Part shown: piece after piece, positions 39,688-41,468 of the stretch
How positions within the stretch are numbered: position 1 is the stretch's first letter
Layout: every line of letters begins with the position of its first letter
Source of the DNA: Chloroflexota bacterium
GTDB lineage: Bacteria > Chloroflexota > Limnocylindria > P2-11E
Direction of reading: 5' to 3'
Length of the DNA stretch: 41,468 bases
Assembly: GCA_005883775.1 (NCBI GenBank)
Contig: VBEU01000056.1
Location: 1-41,468, forward strand
Notes under the pieces: model-generated
Told to the model about the DNA's origin: nothing
What the model saw: the letters and a program-made list of their open reading frames with translations, nothing else
The model's database searches: none
Translations under genes and position numbers: made by a program

Positions 39688-40613
39688 GCGTGCGATTCCT
39701 CCTTTGTCGTTGTCGCGTGGTTTTCGCCCGATTCGCCATGCGCTTCGTGGGATTCCGTCGCGAGGACGAAGTAGAGCAGCGTCAGTATCGAGAAGATGAC
39801 GGCTTGGAGCAGACCGATGAACATCTCGAACCCGGCGAACAGGAGAAGAACGGGAATCGCGACCACGTAGAGCACTGCGGCCATCACCACGAGCATCACC
39901 TCGCCGCCAAAGACATTTCCCCAGAGTCGCGCGGTGAGCGTCAGGATCCGGATGACCTCAGCGAGGAACTCGATGAAGCCAACGAATATCAGCAGCCCTC
40001 CCAGAAAGGGACCCTCCTTGAGCGATTCGAGGTTCAGCCAGCGCTTGAAGTAGCCTCGACCGAGCGTTCGAATGCCCTCTGCCTGATAGCCAACGAAGGC
40101 GACGATGGCGAGACCGAGCGTGATGTGGTAGTCGGCTGTGGGCGCATGCAACAGAGGGATCTGCCCGACGAGGGGCACCACGCTCAACCAGTTTGAAAGA
40201 AGGATGAAGAGAAAGAGCGTCCCAACCAGGGGGACGTACTTCGCCGCTGCTCGCCCGCCGGTGTCAACGACGAAGTCGTGAAGCGTTTGAACGGTGACTT
40301 CTAGGGCTCCCTGGAGTCCGCTGGGTACCAGCGTCAACCTTCGGGTGCCGACGAAGGAGAGGGCAATAAGGAGCGCCATAACGATCCACATCGTGAGGTG
40401 CGAGTTCGAGATCGAAAGGTCCTCACCAAATGGGTGGAAGAGGGGCTCGCCGGACAGCATGCGGAGAATCCGCTGGGGCGTGATGTCTGGCCAGGTGGGT
40501 AGTCCAAAGACGATCCAGCCGACGCCGACCATGACCAAGTCGATGGCGACTAGGCCCGCGAGAAGGGTCATGGGCGGAAGTGACATGAGCGACCTATCGA
40601 TCGTCCGCATCAA
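39684..40613 (-). CDS. atpB: F0 a subunit
   Basis: FILLSNW, PTAD, RLWGN (conserved Arg), LQAVIF. Confidence 0.93.
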   Translation of the reverse strand: MMRTIDRSLMSLPPMTLLAGLVAIDLVMVGVGWIVFGLPTWPDITPQRILRMLSGEPLFHPFGEDLSISNSHLTMWIVMALLIALSFVGTRRLTLVPSGLQGALEVTVQTLHDFVVDTGGRAAAKYVPLVGTLFLFILLSNWLSVVPLVGQIPLLHAPTADYHITLGLAIVAFVGYQAEGIRTLGRGYFKRWLNLESLKEGPFLGGLLIFVGFIEFLAEVIRILTLTARLWGNVFGGEVMLVVMAAVLYVVAIPVLLLFAGFEMFIGLLQAVIFSILTLLYFVLATESHEAHGESGENHATTTKEESHA

Positions 40614-40906
40614 CGATCTTCCTCATCCTCACCGCTCTCGCGGCGCCGCTCACGCTCTTGTATCTCGCTGTCCCAGCGCTGGCCTGCCGCCCGAGCCGAC
40701 TCTGTCGCCGTTCCCATTGGGCGCGAGAGGTAGTCGCGCAGCAAAGCGGCCATCGCGCCGGCGCCGACGATGAGGCCGAGGAGGATTCCGATCAGGAGTC
40801 CCCAGGGCTTGCTGCCGAGACGATCGTCGATCGCGTTGCCGCCGAACGTACCGGCAAGCAGAGGAACACCGATCGCCACTGCGACCTGCAGCCCCATCTT
40901 GAGCAC
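40610..40906 (-). CDS. AtpZ/AtpI-type (ATPase gene 1) small membrane protein
   Basis: G..IDDRLGSKPWGLLIGILLG; first gene of atp operon. Confidence 0.75.
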   Translation of the reverse strand: MLKMGLQVAVAIGVPLLAGTFGGNAIDDRLGSKPWGLLIGILLGLIVGAGAMAALLRDYLSRPMGTATESARAAGQRWDSEIQERERRRESGEDEEDR

Positions 40907-41068
40907 GTCACCAGTTGCGATACGTCACGCTCCGCCCAACGCCGCGATTTTCTGGATCCGACCTGGCCCAGGATCGCCGCGTTGCGAGCGCGCTCCACCC
41001 GGGGTTGCGGGGTGCGGCCAGGGGCACGGTCAGTTTAGCCGAGGAACTTCGGGTAGGCGAACCGAGCG

Positions 41069-41468
41069 CTAGAGCCAGCCGCGGCGCCGGAAGTACATCA
41101 CCAGGCCGACCGCGATCAGACCCGTGACCGCCATCGACACCCAGAACAGAGGGAGCGACCCGTACGGAATGAAGCTCCAGTTCTGGCCGAAGAAGCCGGT
41201 GACGACGGTGAGGACGAGAAGAACGGTGGCGATGCTGGTGAGGACCTTCATCACCTCGTTCAGCCGGTTCGAAGCGGCCGCGAGGTACGCGTCGATCACG
41301 TTCGAGGTGAGCTCGCGAAAGGTGTCGATCTCGTCGGTGACGCGAAGGATGTGGTCGTAGACGTCCTGAAAGTACGCGCGCTTCCCGATCTCGCGCAGCT
41401 CGCGGAGGTCGCCGCGGACGAGCACCTGCAGCACATCGCGCTCAGGGGCGATCGTCTTCCGCAGCTGC
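41069..41468 (-). CDS. corA: CorA-family Mg2+/Co2+ transporter, C-terminal part (runs off window)
   Basis: YFQDVYDH, NRLNEVMKVLT, GFFGQN, FRRRGWL. Confidence 0.85.
   Translation of the reverse strand, partial: QLRKTIAPERDVLQVLVRGDLRELREIGKRAYFQDVYDHILRVTDEIDTFRELTSNVIDAYLAAASNRLNEVMKVLTSIATVLLVLTVVTGFFGQNWSFIPYGSLPLFWVSMAVTGLIAVGLVMYFRRRGWL

Overview
High-GC, densely coding bacterial chromosomal segment; gene style suggests a monoderm Chloroflexota-like organism (inference, not verified). I found no rRNA, tRNA, CRISPR array or mobile element. From left to right: (1) a YegD-like Hsp70 and a K+ homeostasis locus, with truncated KdpD plus KdpE and a KimA-like APC transporter facing a second kimA-usp-trkA-trkA operon, and no kdpABC or trkH; (2) rsmG, a HisA-like barrel, a metallophosphoesterase and a PrcB-like protein, divergent from a stalked cupredoxin, hpt and a SpoIID/GT87 ORF; (3) an unusual soluble signalling triad of an intact DegS-like kinase, a NarL/DegU-type regulator with Glu at the phosphoacceptor position and a DegS-like pseudokinase; (4) an mreB-led envelope glycosylation operon (TagA/WecG, GT4, PHP, flippase-like, GT2, three GT-C-like proteins); (5) a ZIP transporter divergent from a DtxR/MntR regulator with a clear operator; (6) a complete F0F1 ATP synthase operon and partial corA. 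Recurring features are leaderless TANNNT promoters, apparent non-canonical start codons, and several short internal deletions (kdpD, kimA2, rsmG, spoIID/GT87, mreB) that are probably assembly artefacts.
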